This document shows positions 30,268 through 40,866 of a DNA stretch of 64,000 nucleotides, piece by piece. The stretch is from assembly GCA_046710535.1 (NCBI GenBank), contig JBKEHH010000014.1, forward strand, positions 13,927-77,926, in the 5' to 3' direction. The notes below the pieces were generated by a model, which was given only the letters and a program-made list of their open reading frames with translations, was not told the DNA's origin and ran no database searches. Positions within the stretch are counted from its first letter, which is position 1. Each line of letters opens with the position of its first letter. The position numbers and the translations under genes were made by a program. The stretch is from Pseudomonadales bacterium (GTDB taxonomy: Bacteria > Pseudomonadota > Gammaproteobacteria > Pseudomonadales > CAWVSB01).

Positions 30268-33200
30268 TTAACTTGTAGTCTTGCCTAGGCCTAGGCGCTG
30301 TTTCAATTTTTCCCGGGTGGTTTGTATCAGTACATAAAAGCCGGGAATCAATACCGTACCGATCAGCAAGATTGTAAGCATTCCGCTAAGTACCGTTACC
30401 CCCAGTGATACTTGGCTATACATGCCCGCACCGCTGGCAAATACCAGTGGCAGTATCCCCAGAATAAAGCTTATCGCGGTCATATTGACCGCCCGAAAAC
30501 GCAGTGCAGCGGCTTTTTTAGCAGCAGTGCTAATAGTTTCTCCATTTTCATGAAGCTGTTTGGCAAATTCAACAATAAGAATAGCGTTTTTGGCGGCCAA
30601 GCCGATTATTAGCACTATGCCTATCTGAGCATAGAGATCGAGGGTTAAGAATGAGAAAAAATGGATACTGGCAATGGCGCCCAGAATAGCGATAGGTACC
30701 ACCAGTAATATAGCCAGCGGAATAGACCAGCTTTCATAGAGGGCAACTAAGAATAGATAAATAAATACAAAGGCCGCGGCGAAGGCATAGACAGCTAAAT
30801 TACCGGCTGCTATTTCCTGGTAAGTCATACCTGTCCATTCAATTTGATAACTGTCGGGTAAGCTTGTCGCTGCAAGCTCTTCAACCACTTTGATAGATTG
30901 CCCGCTACTGTAACCATCGCCAACACTAGCGCGCACGGTCGCCGACCGATACAAGTTATAGCGTTCGGCTACATCAGGCCCGAGTATTGGCTCGGTGGTG
31001 ATAAACGTGGAAATAGGGATCATTTCGCCACTGTTTGAGCGGACATAGAATGTATCAAGGCTACTTAAGTCAGCGCGATAAGACGCTTTAGCCTGCATAA
31101 TAACTCGATAGGTTTGGCCAAATTTATTAAAGTCGTTGATATACAGAGAACCTAAATTAGCCTGCATTGTGCTAAATATTTCAGTTAACGGTACACCTAA
31201 GCTTTTAGCTTTTTCTCTGTCGATGTCAATAAAATACTGGGGGACATTGGCTCGAAATGAGGTAAACATATTACTCAATTCAGGCTTGCTGCCTGCGGCT
31301 GCAATAAAGCCATTAACCACTGACGCTAGCTGTTTGTGAGGCCTTGCTAGCTTATCTTGCACAATCATCTCTAAGCCATCATTAATACCCATGCCAGGTA
31401 CTGCTGGTGGCGCTAGTGCGAAGATCTGTGCTTCTGGAATATTAAAGTAGGCGCTAGTGTTAATTTTTTGAGTAATAGCAAATACGCTATTTTCTTTCCC
31501 GGGCCGGTCGTCCCAGTGGTCCAGCACTACAAATAAAGTGCCAGAATTACTTTGTGCTGCGCCGCTTAAAATACTATAGCCCGATACAGAGGTGACGCTT
31601 TCAACCCCATCAATGGCGTTAACTAAATTGACTGCTCTGGCCACAGTTGTGTCGGTTCTTTGTAGTGACGCTGCATCAGGTAACTGAATATTAACCAGCA
31701 GCATGCCTTTATCTTCAGATGGTACAAAAGCAGTAGGCGCTGTTATAAACCCTACCGCTGTAGCTATTAACACACCCACAGAAATGAATATAATTATCGT
31801 GTAGCGCCTGACAAACCAAGCAACACCGACATTGTATTTTTCACTGATCTTATCGAATATCTGATTGAACTTAATAAACCATTTCGGCGATGCTTTTTTC
31901 TCTGATGAAAGAATTAACGAAGCAAGCGCAGGGCTTAACGTTAAGGCATTAAGCGAAGAGAAAAGAACCGCGACACAAATAGTAATAGAAAACTGTTGGT
32001 ACATTTGGCCAGTAATGCCTGGCAATAATGCCACTGGAATAAAGACGGCAAGTAATACCAGTGTAGTAGAGACAATCGGGCCGCTAACTTCTTCCATGGT
32101 GATAAGCGTTGCTTGTTTAACCGACATATCCGGCGACTCGTTCAAATGCCGATCGATATTTTCTACTACTAGTATTGCGTCATCGACCACAATACCAATA
32201 GCTAGTACTAAGCCGAACAAGGTGACGATATTGATCGACATACCCATGGCCAGTAGTATCGCAAAGCTAGAGATAAGTGACACCGGAATTGCTATGGCCG
32301 GGATTATTGTCATGCGAATATTACCCAAGAAAATATAGGTAATTAATATAACTAAGGCGACAGCCTGAACTAGACTAGTAATCACCTGTGAGATCGCTAC
32401 CGATACATAACGGGTGGTATCGTAGCCAATCGAATAATCCAAGCCTGGCGGAAAGCTAGCTGATAGCGCTGTAAGTTCTGCTTTTATTGCAGCACCTGTA
32501 GCGAGTGCATTGGCATCAGGCAATAAATAGACTCCCATATTTGCCGACGGCTTGTTGTCCAGTTCACCGGTTACGCTGTAGTCAATCTGGCCTAATTCAA
32601 GTGATGCAACATCTTTTAAATAAACCGCGGTGCCATCAGTGTTACCTCTTAGAATTATCTGTTCAAACTCTTCTGGATCAGATAAACGACCTTTTGTTTG
32701 CAAGGTATATTGAGTTTGTAAATTGCCGTCAAAAGGAGGGGTGCCAACACGGCCTGCAGCAACCTGAATATTCTGTTCTTTTAATGCGTTGTATATATCG
32801 TTAACAGTAATACCTAGATTGCTCATGCGACTTGGATCTAGCCATATCCGCATTGAATAGTCGGCGGCGCCGAATATAGACGCCTGTGACACGCCAGTAA
32901 TACGCTTTAGATTATTTTGAATATTTATTTTTACATAGTTAGATAAAAAGGCGTAATCCAACGATTGATCGGGAGAGTTGAAGCTGATAACCATTAAAAT
33001 ATCTGGCGATACTTTGTCAATACTCAAACCCGTGGCTCTAACTTCGCTAGGAAGTTTTGGTTCTGCTAATTTAGCAAGGTTTTGTACTCGGGTTAGGGCT
33101 GCTTCAACATCAGTACCTAATGCGAAAGTAATGGTGAGGGAATAGCTGCCATCATTGGCACTTTTTGATGACATATAAATACTATCTTCTACGCCGTTAA

Positions 33201-33408
33201 GTGTTTCTTCTAGCGGGCCACCAACTGTTTGCTCTACTACCTCCGCAGATGCTCCGGCATAATTAGCGACAACTTTTATTTGCGGCGGTGCTACCGGCGG
33301 GAATTCAGCAACCGGTAATAAATTAATTGCAATAGAGCCCATGAGTGTAAGAACAATAGCGATGACCATTGCAAACTTGGGGCGCTCGATAAAAAAGGCA
33401 CTAAACAT
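30268..33408 (-). CDS. RND (HAE1/AcrB-type) efflux permease
   Basis: 1046 aa with a 12-TM/large-loop architecture. The N-terminus [24 protein letters not shown] is typical. Confidence 0.95.
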   Translation of the reverse strand: MFSAFFIERPKFAMVIAIVLTLMGSIAINLLPVAEFPPVAPPQIKVVANYAGASAEVVEQTVGGPLEETLNGVEDSIYMSSKSANDGSYSLTITFALGTDVEAALTRVQNLAKLAEPKLPSEVRATGLSIDKVSPDILMVISFNSPDQSLDYAFLSNYVKINIQNNLKRITGVSQASIFGAADYSMRIWLDPSRMSNLGITVNDIYNALKEQNIQVAAGRVGTPPFDGNLQTQYTLQTKGRLSDPEEFEQIILRGNTDGTAVYLKDVASLELGQIDYSVTGELDNKPSANMGVYLLPDANALATGAAIKAELTALSASFPPGLDYSIGYDTTRYVSVAISQVITSLVQAVALVILITYIFLGNIRMTIIPAIAIPVSLISSFAILLAMGMSINIVTLFGLVLAIGIVVDDAILVVENIDRHLNESPDMSVKQATLITMEEVSGPIVSTTLVLLAVFIPVALLPGITGQMYQQFSITICVAVLFSSLNALTLSPALASLILSSEKKASPKWFIKFNQIFDKISEKYNVGVAWFVRRYTIIIFISVGVLIATAVGFITAPTAFVPSEDKGMLLVNIQLPDAASLQRTDTTVARAVNLVNAIDGVESVTSVSGYSILSGAAQSNSGTLFVVLDHWDDRPGKENSVFAITQKINTSAYFNIPEAQIFALAPPAVPGMGINDGLEMIVQDKLARPHKQLASVVNGFIAAAGSKPELSNMFTSFRANVPQYFIDIDREKAKSLGVPLTEIFSTMQANLGSLYINDFNKFGQTYRVIMQAKASYRADLSSLDTFYVRSNSGEMIPISTFITTEPILGPDVAERYNLYRSATVRASVGDGYSSGQSIKVVEELAATSLPDSYQIEWTGMTYQEIAAGNLAVYAFAAAFVFIYLFLVALYESWSIPLAILLVVPIAILGAIASIHFFSFLTLDLYAQIGIVLIIGLAAKNAILIVEFAKQLHENGETISTAAKKAAALRFRAVNMTAISFILGILPLVFASGAGMYSQVSLGVTVLSGMLTILLIGTVLIPGFYVLIQTTREKLKQRLGLGKTTS

Positions 33409-33440
33409 TTTCGCTTCCTGTTATTTCTATTTATTAGACA

Positions 33441-34661
33441 CTATGATTTAGAAGAGGGGGCTACTGGGCTTTCTTCCTGTTCTTTGTTATTTGATGGTTG
33501 CGAATCACTTTGCTGAATTGACGATTCTGGCTCTGACACTACTTGGTCCCTTGCTCTAACAGTTTGCCCGATGCGAACTTTTTGGATGCCTTGCAGAATC
33601 AACCTTTGACCTTCAGATAAACCGTCTATCACGATAACTTTTTCGTCGACTCGCTCGCCTAATTCAACCTCTGCTCGGTTAACCACATTGTTAGGACTGA
33701 CGACCAAAACGAAATTACCTAATTGATCAGATTGAACAGTGGCCTGCGGAATCATTAATGCAGCCACGCTCTCAGCCGCTTGCACAATTACTCGCACGTA
33801 TTGGCCATGCCTTAAATAGCCATCTGGGTTTGGAATAATAGCGGTTACCCGCACTGTACCGGTAGCTTCATCAATACGATTATCTAAAAAGTCTAAAGCG
33901 CCTTTATGCGGATAAATTGAATCATCAGATAACTCTATCAGTACTTCGACGTCGGTTACTGTCGGTAAATCTTCTTCATTAATGTTTGATTGATGAATTA
34001 GCAACAGCATCTTTTGATTAATTGAAAAAACTGCATTGACTGTTTGAGTGTTAACGATGGTTGTAAGCTCGCCTGATTCAGGGTTAACCAAATCGCCGAC
34101 ATAATATTTACTGCGGCCGATTTGCCCGCTAATCGGTGCCGTAATAATTGTGTCGTTAAAGTTAATTAAGGCTTTATCATAAATGGCTTCAGCCGCTTTA
34201 AGAGCGGCAATGGCTTCAAAATAAGTACCTTCTAGCTCATCCATCTGAGAGGCTGATATAACGCCACTGGTAACTAATTGTTCGCCGCGTTGATAGTTAC
34301 GTGTGGCTACTTTTACTTTAGCTTTGCCGCTCTCAATTTCTGCTTCTGCTTGTTCTTTGCTGGCCTCAAAAGTTGCTGGATCAATAGCATAGAGCTTAGC
34401 GCCTTTACTGATATGTTGGCCTTCAGCAAAAAAGCGTTGTTTCAAATAGCCACTCACTTTAGCCTGTATGGTGACGTCTTGGGCGGCTTCTAATCGTCCG
34501 ACATAACTATTACGTCGCTGATACGGCAGTAGCTGTACATCGGTGACAACCACTTCTATCGCTGGGGGAGCTTGATCATCTTCGCCTGAACAGGCAGATA
34601 GTATTAACAACGCAGACAAAAGGGCAACAAGGGATCTGGTTTTCAAGTTTGGCTCCAACAA
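33441..34661 (-). CDS. RND periplasmic adaptor (membrane fusion) lipoprotein
   Basis: Lipobox LILSACSG, coiled-coil hairpin, beta-barrel region. Non-ATG start; the second in-frame TTG (MKTRSLVALL...) is plausible. Confidence 0.9.
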   Translation of the reverse strand: MLEPNLKTRSLVALLSALLILSACSGEDDQAPPAIEVVVTDVQLLPYQRRNSYVGRLEAAQDVTIQAKVSGYLKQRFFAEGQHISKGAKLYAIDPATFEASKEQAEAEIESGKAKVKVATRNYQRGEQLVTSGVISASQMDELEGTYFEAIAALKAAEAIYDKALINFNDTIITAPISGQIGRSKYYVGDLVNPESGELTTIVNTQTVNAVFSINQKMLLLIHQSNINEEDLPTVTDVEVLIELSDDSIYPHKGALDFLDNRIDEATGTVRVTAIIPNPDGYLRHGQYVRVIVQAAESVAALMIPQATVQSDQLGNFVLVVSPNNVVNRAEVELGERVDEKVIVIDGLSEGQRLILQGIQKVRIGQTVRARDQVVSEPESSIQQSDSQPSNNKEQEESPVAPSSKS

Positions 34662-34879
34662 AGCGGTTTATTTGATTTTTAACGAGTCGGTACTTTAAAT
34701 AGCTGGGAGTAGTATACCGACAGACACTTAGATACCAAAGAAAACCTTTTAATTACAAGGCTTTCAGGCGTTTTATTAAGTTGGGATACAAAATTTGAAA
34801 TGGCCCTCTGCCAGAGGTAGTCTATGCGCCAGTAATTTAGTTTAACCAAATAGTCTTTTTACCATTACGGATACAAATT

Positions 34880-35305
34880 ATGCCCTTTCAGTTGTTTGTT
34901 GGCACTGCATTAATATCGATAACAGTTATTTTACAGGTGGTTTTTATTACCGTCGCTATACGTATGTTGACTAGAAACGAGCACTGGATGAAAACACCAC
35001 CTTTAGCGCTCAAGACGACTGTTGCTCTGGTGTTCGTTTTGTTTTGGTTACTGGCAGCAATAACGACCAGTGTTTGGTTGTGGGCGCATGTATTTATTTA
35101 TTTGGAGATTTTTGTTGAACTGGAAGAGGCTGTCTATTTTTCTACTGTAACATTTACCAGTCTTGGTTATGGCGACATCGTGCTAGATGATCAGTGGCGC
35201 ATTCTATCGAGCTTAACAGCGGTTAATGGCCTAATTGTATTTGGTGTGAGTACTGCATTTCTAGTTGAGTTTATCCGTTCGGTCAATATTGCTCAGAAGC
35301 ATTGA
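34880..35305 (+). CDS. small two/three-TM potassium channel (Ion_trans_2-type)
   Basis: Selectivity filter TFTSLGYGD. Confidence 0.8.
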   Translation: MPFQLFVGTALISITVILQVVFITVAIRMLTRNEHWMKTPPLALKTTVALVFVLFWLLAAITTSVWLWAHVFIYLEIFVELEEAVYFSTVTFTSLGYGDIVLDDQWRILSSLTAVNGLIVFGVSTAFLVEFIRSVNIAQKH

Positions 35306-35314
35306 TGACAAAAC

Positions 35315-35338
35315 GGGTGAGGCACTGCTGCCTCACCC
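35315..35338. terminator. GC-rich 10-bp-stem hairpin between convergent genes
   Basis: GGGTGAGGCA-CTGC-TGCCTCACCC lies between the K+ channel stop and the sat stop. Confidence 0.65.
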
Positions 35339-35370
35339 CTCATGATTCGGTTGCTCAATACAACGATGAT

Positions 35371-36561
35371 TTAGCTATCAAGAGTTTGATAGTAATCCAT
35401 GAGGATTTTTGCGCACTCTGGACGCGAGAATTCAGGTGGAGGTGCAATACCGTTACCTAGCATTTCTCTTACCTTGGTGCCTGATAGCAAAATGAAATCG
35501 TCTTTTTCGTGATCTGGTGCATCTTTCATCATAATAACTTTATCTAGCTTTTTAGAATAAGCCGTGTGATCTGCGCGGTATATTTCAATTTCTAAAGAAC
35601 CTGCGGGTACTTTTTCATCGAAAATAGTTTGCGCATCGAAGCCGCCGTAATAGTCCCCAACCCCTGCGTGGTCACGCCCAACGATTAGGTGAGTACAACC
35701 ACAGTTTTGTCGGAATACCGCATGTAACACAGCTTCACGTGGACCTGCATATAGCATGTCAAAGCCATAGCCTGTCACCATTACGGTGTTTTCTGGGAAG
35801 TAGATATCTACCATAGTGCGAATACAGTCATCGCGCACGTCAGCAGGAATATCGCCAGCTTTCAGCTTGCCCAACAACATATGAATTAATATGCCGTCGG
35901 TTTGTAAGTCCTGTTGCGCCATACGGCATAACTCTTCGTGCGCACGGTGCATAGGGTTGCGAGTTTGAAAAGCGACAACTTTATTCCAGCCACGATCAGC
36001 CATTTCATTGCGAATTTCATAAGCTGTACGGAAGGTATCAGGGAAGTCTTTTTGGAAGTAGCTGTAGTTAAGCACTTGAATAGGGCCAGACAATAAGGTG
36101 TTACCTTGGCCTTTAAATGCAGCCACGCCAGGGTGGTTATCATCTAAGTTACCAAAGATGTTTTCAGCCATGAAGTCAATCTGCTCAGCCGAGACTTCCT
36201 CGATTGCTTCAATGTCCATAATTGCAAGTACTGGGTTACCGTCAACATTAGGGTCGCGCAAGGCTATGCGCTTAGCATCGCCAATGGCGCTAATGTCGTT
36301 GCTCAGGTTAACAATGGGCACAGGCCAGAATAAGCCGTCGACAGTATGTAGGTTTTCGGCCACTGCCAAAGAGTCAGCTAAATTCATATAACCGGTTAAG
36401 GGGTTAAAGTAGCCAGCGCCAAGCATTACTGCGTTTGCCGCCGCAGCAGAGCTAACTAGTAGAGATGGCAGTGATTCAGCTTCTGTTGTTAAAGCTAGGT
36501 TTTTAGCCGCATCGGCCACAAACAGCGGGTTTAGTTCGTTAGAACCATAAGGTTTGATCAT
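35371..36561 (-). CDS. sat: sulfate adenylyltransferase, homo-oligomeric Sat type
   Basis: FQTRNPMHRAHEEL and VGRDHAGVG motifs. Confidence 0.9.
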   Translation of the reverse strand: MIKPYGSNELNPLFVADAAKNLALTTEAESLPSLLVSSAAAANAVMLGAGYFNPLTGYMNLADSLAVAENLHTVDGLFWPVPIVNLSNDISAIGDAKRIALRDPNVDGNPVLAIMDIEAIEEVSAEQIDFMAENIFGNLDDNHPGVAAFKGQGNTLLSGPIQVLNYSYFQKDFPDTFRTAYEIRNEMADRGWNKVVAFQTRNPMHRAHEELCRMAQQDLQTDGILIHMLLGKLKAGDIPADVRDDCIRTMVDIYFPENTVMVTGYGFDMLYAGPREAVLHAVFRQNCGCTHLIVGRDHAGVGDYYGGFDAQTIFDEKVPAGSLEIEIYRADHTAYSKKLDKVIMMKDAPDHEKDDFILLSGTKVREMLGNGIAPPPEFSRPECAKILMDYYQTLDS

Positions 36562-36589
36562 TCTATTTTCCTTGAATTCTTAAAAGGGT

Positions 36590-37207
36590 TTAAACCGACA
36601 ATAAGCCGCGTGCTTCCAATATGCTCAGTAGCGCTGCTACTTCATCTTCTAATGACATCTCATGGCTGTTTAATACTACTTCAGCATTGAGTGGCTCTTC
36701 ATATGGGTCTGAAATACCTGTGAAGTTTGGTATCTCGCCGGCACGAGCTTTTTTGTATAAGCCTTTAGGGTCACGCTCTTCAGCAACGCTTAACGGTACA
36801 TCAACAAATACTTCAATAAATTGCATGCCAGCGTCTTCGTGCAGCGTGCGCACTAAATCGCGATCTGCACGATAAGGGCTAACAAAGCTAGACAAGGTAA
36901 TGATACCGACATCGACAAATAGCTTTGATATTTCACCAATGCGGCGAATATTTTCGGTGCGGTCTTCAGCACTAAAACCGAGGTTTTTGTTGATACCTAA
37001 ACGAATATTATCGCCATCTAAGCGGTAGGTAAGTTTGCCTTTAGCTGCCAGCGCTTGCTCTAGCGCCACTGCAACAGTACTTTTACCGCTACCTGATAAG
37101 CCGGTAAACCATAGAGTTGCTCCTTTTTGGCCTAAAATTCCATGCCTATCGTCACGGGTAACTTCACCGTCATGCCATGTAACATTTGTCGCTTTTTGTT
37201 CGACCAT
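36590..37207 (-). CDS. cysC: adenylyl-sulfate (APS) kinase
   Basis: WFTGLSGSGKST P-loop, LDGDNIR. Confidence 0.95.
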   Translation of the reverse strand: MVEQKATNVTWHDGEVTRDDRHGILGQKGATLWFTGLSGSGKSTVAVALEQALAAKGKLTYRLDGDNIRLGINKNLGFSAEDRTENIRRIGEISKLFVDVGIITLSSFVSPYRADRDLVRTLHEDAGMQFIEVFVDVPLSVAEERDPKGLYKKARAGEIPNFTGISDPYEEPLNAEVVLNSHEMSLEDEVAALLSILEARGLLSV

Positions 37208-37246
37208 TTATTAAATCCTTAAGTTTTGCTAAAAAATGCAGGAGAG

Positions 37247-37333
37247 TACTTATTAATCAGCGCATTCTACGCGCGTATCATCTATTTGTTAAATCAATTA
37301 TATTTATAGATACTATCGATTTTACTTATTAAT
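37247..37333. promoter_or_regulatory. 11-bp direct repeat TACTTATTAAT (37247-37257 and 37323-37333) in the cysC / LysR divergent intergenic region
   Basis: Read directly. It is located between divergent start codons 37207 and 37352. Confidence 0.35.
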
Positions 37334-37351
37334 AATCCAGGCATAAAAACG

Positions 37352-38227
37352 ATGAAATATACCCTGCGCCAGTTAGAAATATTTTTGGAAGTGGCAAAGC
37401 AAGAGAACATGAGTAACGCGGCCAAAACCCTATTCATGTCTCAGTCTGCGGTTAGCGCTGCATTACAATCAATGGAGAGTAACTATCAAACACGCCTATT
37501 TGACCGCATTGGTAAAAGCCTAAAGCTAAGTGGAATAGGGCAGGCGCTCAGGCCCCAAGCTCAGCAGTTACTAATCTACGCCCAGCAATTTGATCAAGCG
37601 TTATTACAACAGGGCGATGCCGGTAATATCAGAGTAGGGGCCAGCCTAACCATAGGTAACTATTTGGCAGTCGAGTATTTAACTCAATACAGAACCAGTA
37701 ACCCGGATGCCAAAGTAGACTTTGAAGTGGCAAGCACCCCCGAAATAGTTAATAAGGTACTCAACTTTGATGCAGACGTTGGTTTAGTTGAGGCCGAAGT
37801 TAGTCATGCCGATTTAGATGTTACGCCTTGGCGCGATGACAGAATGATTGTGTTCTGCAGTAAAAACCACCCCTTAGCCAATAGTAAGAGTCTAGGCAAA
37901 GCTGATATTAGTAATGCCAACTGGGTTTTACGTGAGCCAAGCTCAGGTGCGAGGCAGACCTTTGACCTTGCGATCAAAAAACTAAAGACCCCGATTAATA
38001 TTTATCTAGAGCTGACCCATAATGAAGCAATTATGCGAGCGGTGGAGACGGGTATTGGTATTGGCTGTCTATCTGAAATTGCCTTGGAAGGCGCTTTAAA
38101 AAGAGGAGATTTGGTGGAACTTACGCTGCCAAAAGTTGATATGAGGCGGACTTTTTACTTTATCAAACGCAAGGATAGTTATCCCAGCGATGCTGTATCC
38201 CAATGGGTAGCGCTATGTACCCGCTAA
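37352..38227 (+). CDS. LysR-family transcriptional regulator
   Basis: N-terminal HTH MSNAAKTLFMSQSAVSAALQSME plus a LysR substrate-binding domain. Confidence 0.9.
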   Translation: MKYTLRQLEIFLEVAKQENMSNAAKTLFMSQSAVSAALQSMESNYQTRLFDRIGKSLKLSGIGQALRPQAQQLLIYAQQFDQALLQQGDAGNIRVGASLTIGNYLAVEYLTQYRTSNPDAKVDFEVASTPEIVNKVLNFDADVGLVEAEVSHADLDVTPWRDDRMIVFCSKNHPLANSKSLGKADISNANWVLREPSSGARQTFDLAIKKLKTPINIYLELTHNEAIMRAVETGIGIGCLSEIALEGALKRGDLVELTLPKVDMRRTFYFIKRKDSYPSDAVSQWVALCTR

Positions 38228-38278
38228 ATCTGAGTGAGTGATATAGCGAATCTTTATGGTGGGAAATCACTATAAAAA

Positions 38279-38335
38279 ATATCGGCAGTCAGCTTAGTTA
38301 ATATCGGATAGGGCTCATAGCGGGTATGATATCGG
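38279..38335. promoter_or_regulatory. three direct copies of ATATCGG (38279, 38301, 38329) upstream of the NMO gene
   Basis: Read directly. Spacing is 22 and 28 bp, ending 49 bp before the ATG at 38384. Confidence 0.35.
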
Positions 38336-38383
38336 CCGTTAAAATCTATTACCCATTCTAATAACTAAGAATAAGGCTAAGAC

Positions 38384-39355
38384 ATGAAGACTCGTATTAC
38401 GGAATTATTTGGTATTGAACATCCTATTATCCAAGGCGGCATGCATTTTGTCGGCTTAGCAGAGTTAGCTGCAGCTGTTTCTAACGCAGGCGGTTTAGGC
38501 ATAATTACTGGTTTAACGCAGGGAACTCCAGAGAAGCTTAAAGCTGAGATCGAACGCTGTAAAACAATGACTGACAAGCCTTTTGGCGTGAACATTACCT
38601 TTTTGCCGACGCTTAACGCACCTGACTACCCAGCTTTATTCCAAGTAATTATTGACTGCGGCATTAGCGTTGTTGAGACAGCTGGTAACAACCCAGCCAA
38701 ATACATGCCTATGCTTAAAGAAGCTGGTATTAAAGTTATTCATAAATGTACCGCCGTGCGTCATGCACTTAAAGCGCAATCGATTGGCTGTGATGCAGTA
38801 TCTGTAGACGGTTTTGAGTGTGGCGGTCATCCCGGTGAAGACGATATCCCTAACTTTATTTTGTTACCCCGCGCAGCTGATGAACTGACTATTCCGTTTG
38901 TAGCATCAGGTGGCATGGCCGATGGCCGCAGCCTTGTTGGCGCTTTAGCTATGGGCGCTGATGGTATCAATATGGGAACACGCTTCATTGCTACCCAAGA
39001 AGCACCTGTTCACCAAAATGTTAAAGATGCCATTGTTGCTGCAAGTGAATTGGATACCCGTTTAGTTATGCGCCCATTACGCAATACCGAGCGTGTAATG
39101 ACTAACCCAGCCGTGGAGCGCTTACTTGAGAAAGAAAAAGCGCTGGGCGCAGACCTTAAGTTTGAAGACATTATTGAAGAAGTAGCCGGCGTTTACCCAA
39201 AAATCATGCAAAACGGTGATATGGATGCAGGTGCATGGTCTTGCGGTATGGTTGCAGGTTTGATCAATGATATACCTACTTGCCAGCAGCTTATCGACAA
39301 TATTATGAGCGAAGCTGAAGACATTATAAACAAGCGCTTAGTTGGGTTTTTATAA
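38384..39355 (+). CDS. nitronate monooxygenase (NMO/2-nitropropane dioxygenase-like FMN enzyme)
   Basis: IIQGGMHFVGLAELAAAVSNAGGLGIIT and VASGGMADGRS. Confidence 0.85.
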   Translation: MKTRITELFGIEHPIIQGGMHFVGLAELAAAVSNAGGLGIITGLTQGTPEKLKAEIERCKTMTDKPFGVNITFLPTLNAPDYPALFQVIIDCGISVVETAGNNPAKYMPMLKEAGIKVIHKCTAVRHALKAQSIGCDAVSVDGFECGGHPGEDDIPNFILLPRAADELTIPFVASGGMADGRSLVGALAMGADGINMGTRFIATQEAPVHQNVKDAIVAASELDTRLVMRPLRNTERVMTNPAVERLLEKEKALGADLKFEDIIEEVAGVYPKIMQNGDMDAGAWSCGMVAGLINDIPTCQQLIDNIMSEAEDIINKRLVGFL

Positions 39356-39413
39356 TAGAATTTACTTTATTAAACCTTTATAAGTTAATGATTTATAATA
39401 CTATAGGAATTAT

Positions 39414-40058
39414 ATGATTACGCTGCATGGCAATTCTGTTTCTCCCTATGTACGTAAAGTACTAGCGGTTTTACAGCTTAAAAAACTCGCTTTTGAGCAG
39501 ACTCAGCAGATGCCGTTTTCGGCTGATGAAGAGTTTAAAAAAATCAGCCCGCTGGGAAAAATCCCAGCTCTGCAAGATGGCGATACTTCAATCTGCGATT
39601 CAACGGTTATTTGCGAGTATTTGGACGACGCTTATCCCCAGTGTCCGGTTTATCCGTCCGACCCTAAAGACAAAGCGCACGCTAGATGGATTGAAGAGCT
39701 GTGCGGTAATCAAATAACTGAGCAAGCCGCTGGAATCTTTTTCCAGCGGTTTATGCGCCCAATGGTATTAAAGCAGGAAACCGACGAAGAGCTTGTTGAA
39801 AAAATCATCAACAAGCGCTTGCCGCCATTATTGAACTATATGGAAACCCAAGTACCTGCAGAGGGGTATTTATTTGGTAAAGACATTGGTGTTGCTGATA
39901 TTAGTATTGTTACGCCCTTTGTTAATGCCGGTTACGCGGGTTATGAAGTTGATAGTACTACCTGGCCTAAATTGGCTAGCTTTATGGCACGAGTAAAAGA
40001 ACACCCAGTAATGGCTGAGCTGTTAAAAGCTGAAGCAGTAATGATGGGGCGCGGCTAG
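39414..40058 (+). CDS. glutathione S-transferase family protein
   Basis: N-terminal thioredoxin-like GST fold (SPYVRKV...GKIPALQDGD...ICDSTVICEYL). Confidence 0.85.
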   Translation: MITLHGNSVSPYVRKVLAVLQLKKLAFEQTQQMPFSADEEFKKISPLGKIPALQDGDTSICDSTVICEYLDDAYPQCPVYPSDPKDKAHARWIEELCGNQITEQAAGIFFQRFMRPMVLKQETDEELVEKIINKRLPPLLNYMETQVPAEGYLFGKDIGVADISIVTPFVNAGYAGYEVDSTTWPKLASFMARVKEHPVMAELLKAEAVMMGRG

Positions 40059-40101
40059 AGCTGCTTTTAAACAACTAAAAACATTGATAGGAACATAAGT
40101 T

Positions 40102-40866
40102 ATGGCTACAAATTTATTTGATCTAACTGGCAGGGTTGCATTGGTTACCGGCGCCAGCCGCGGTATCGGCGAAGAGATAGCTAAGCTGCTAGCTGAGCAG
40201 GGCGCTCATGTGATTGTTTCAAGCCGTAAAATAGATGGCTGCCAAGTTGTGGCTGAGGCAATTATTGCCAGCGGTAATAAAGCAGAGGCCTTTGCCTGCC
40301 ATGTTGGCAATATGGACGACATTAAAGCGGTGTTTGAACATATTGAGGCGACTCACGGTAAATTGGACATATTGGTAAATAATGCAGCGACCAATCCATA
40401 TTTTGGCGATATTTTGGATACCGACTTGGCCGCGTACAACAAAACCGTAGACGTTAATATTCGCGGTTACTTTTTTATGTCTGCTGAGGCTGGCAAGATA
40501 ATGGTGAAAAACGGCGGCGGCGCGATAGTAAACACTGCATCAGTCAATGCTTTACAACCTGGGCCATTTCAGGGAATTTATTCCATTACTAAAGCAGCGG
40601 TGGTCAATATGACTAAAGCATTTGCTAAAGAATGTGGCGGTCGTGGTATTCGTGTTAACGCACTATTGCCAGGTTTAACCAAAACAGCTTTTGCTGGCGC
40701 ACTTTTCGCTAATGAAGAAATTCTAGCGGAAGCGATGAAAGAGATTCCAATGGGGCGACATGCTGAGCCATCCGAAATGGCCGGCACGGTATTGTATTTA
40801 GTATCTGATGCGGCTAGCTACACTAATGGTGAGTGCATTGTGGTCGATGGCGGTTTGACTATCTAA
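40102..40866 (+). CDS. SDR-family oxidoreductase
   Basis: ALVTGASRGIGEEIA, NNAA, YSITKAAVVNM. Confidence 0.9.
   Translation: MATNLFDLTGRVALVTGASRGIGEEIAKLLAEQGAHVIVSSRKIDGCQVVAEAIIASGNKAEAFACHVGNMDDIKAVFEHIEATHGKLDILVNNAATNPYFGDILDTDLAAYNKTVDVNIRGYFFMSAEAGKIMVKNGGGAIVNTASVNALQPGPFQGIYSITKAAVVNMTKAFAKECGGRGIRVNALLPGLTKTAFAGALFANEEILAEAMKEIPMGRHAEPSEMAGTVLYLVSDAASYTNGECIVVDGGLTI

Noticed and set aside
34662-34879. Short palindromes (GTCGGTA-N22-TACCGAC; CCTCTG-C-CAGAGG) upstream of the RND adaptor gene, considered as possible TetR-type operators.
   Set aside because: The arms are only 6-7 bp, no regulator gene is adjacent and there is no repetition. They cannot be distinguished from chance.
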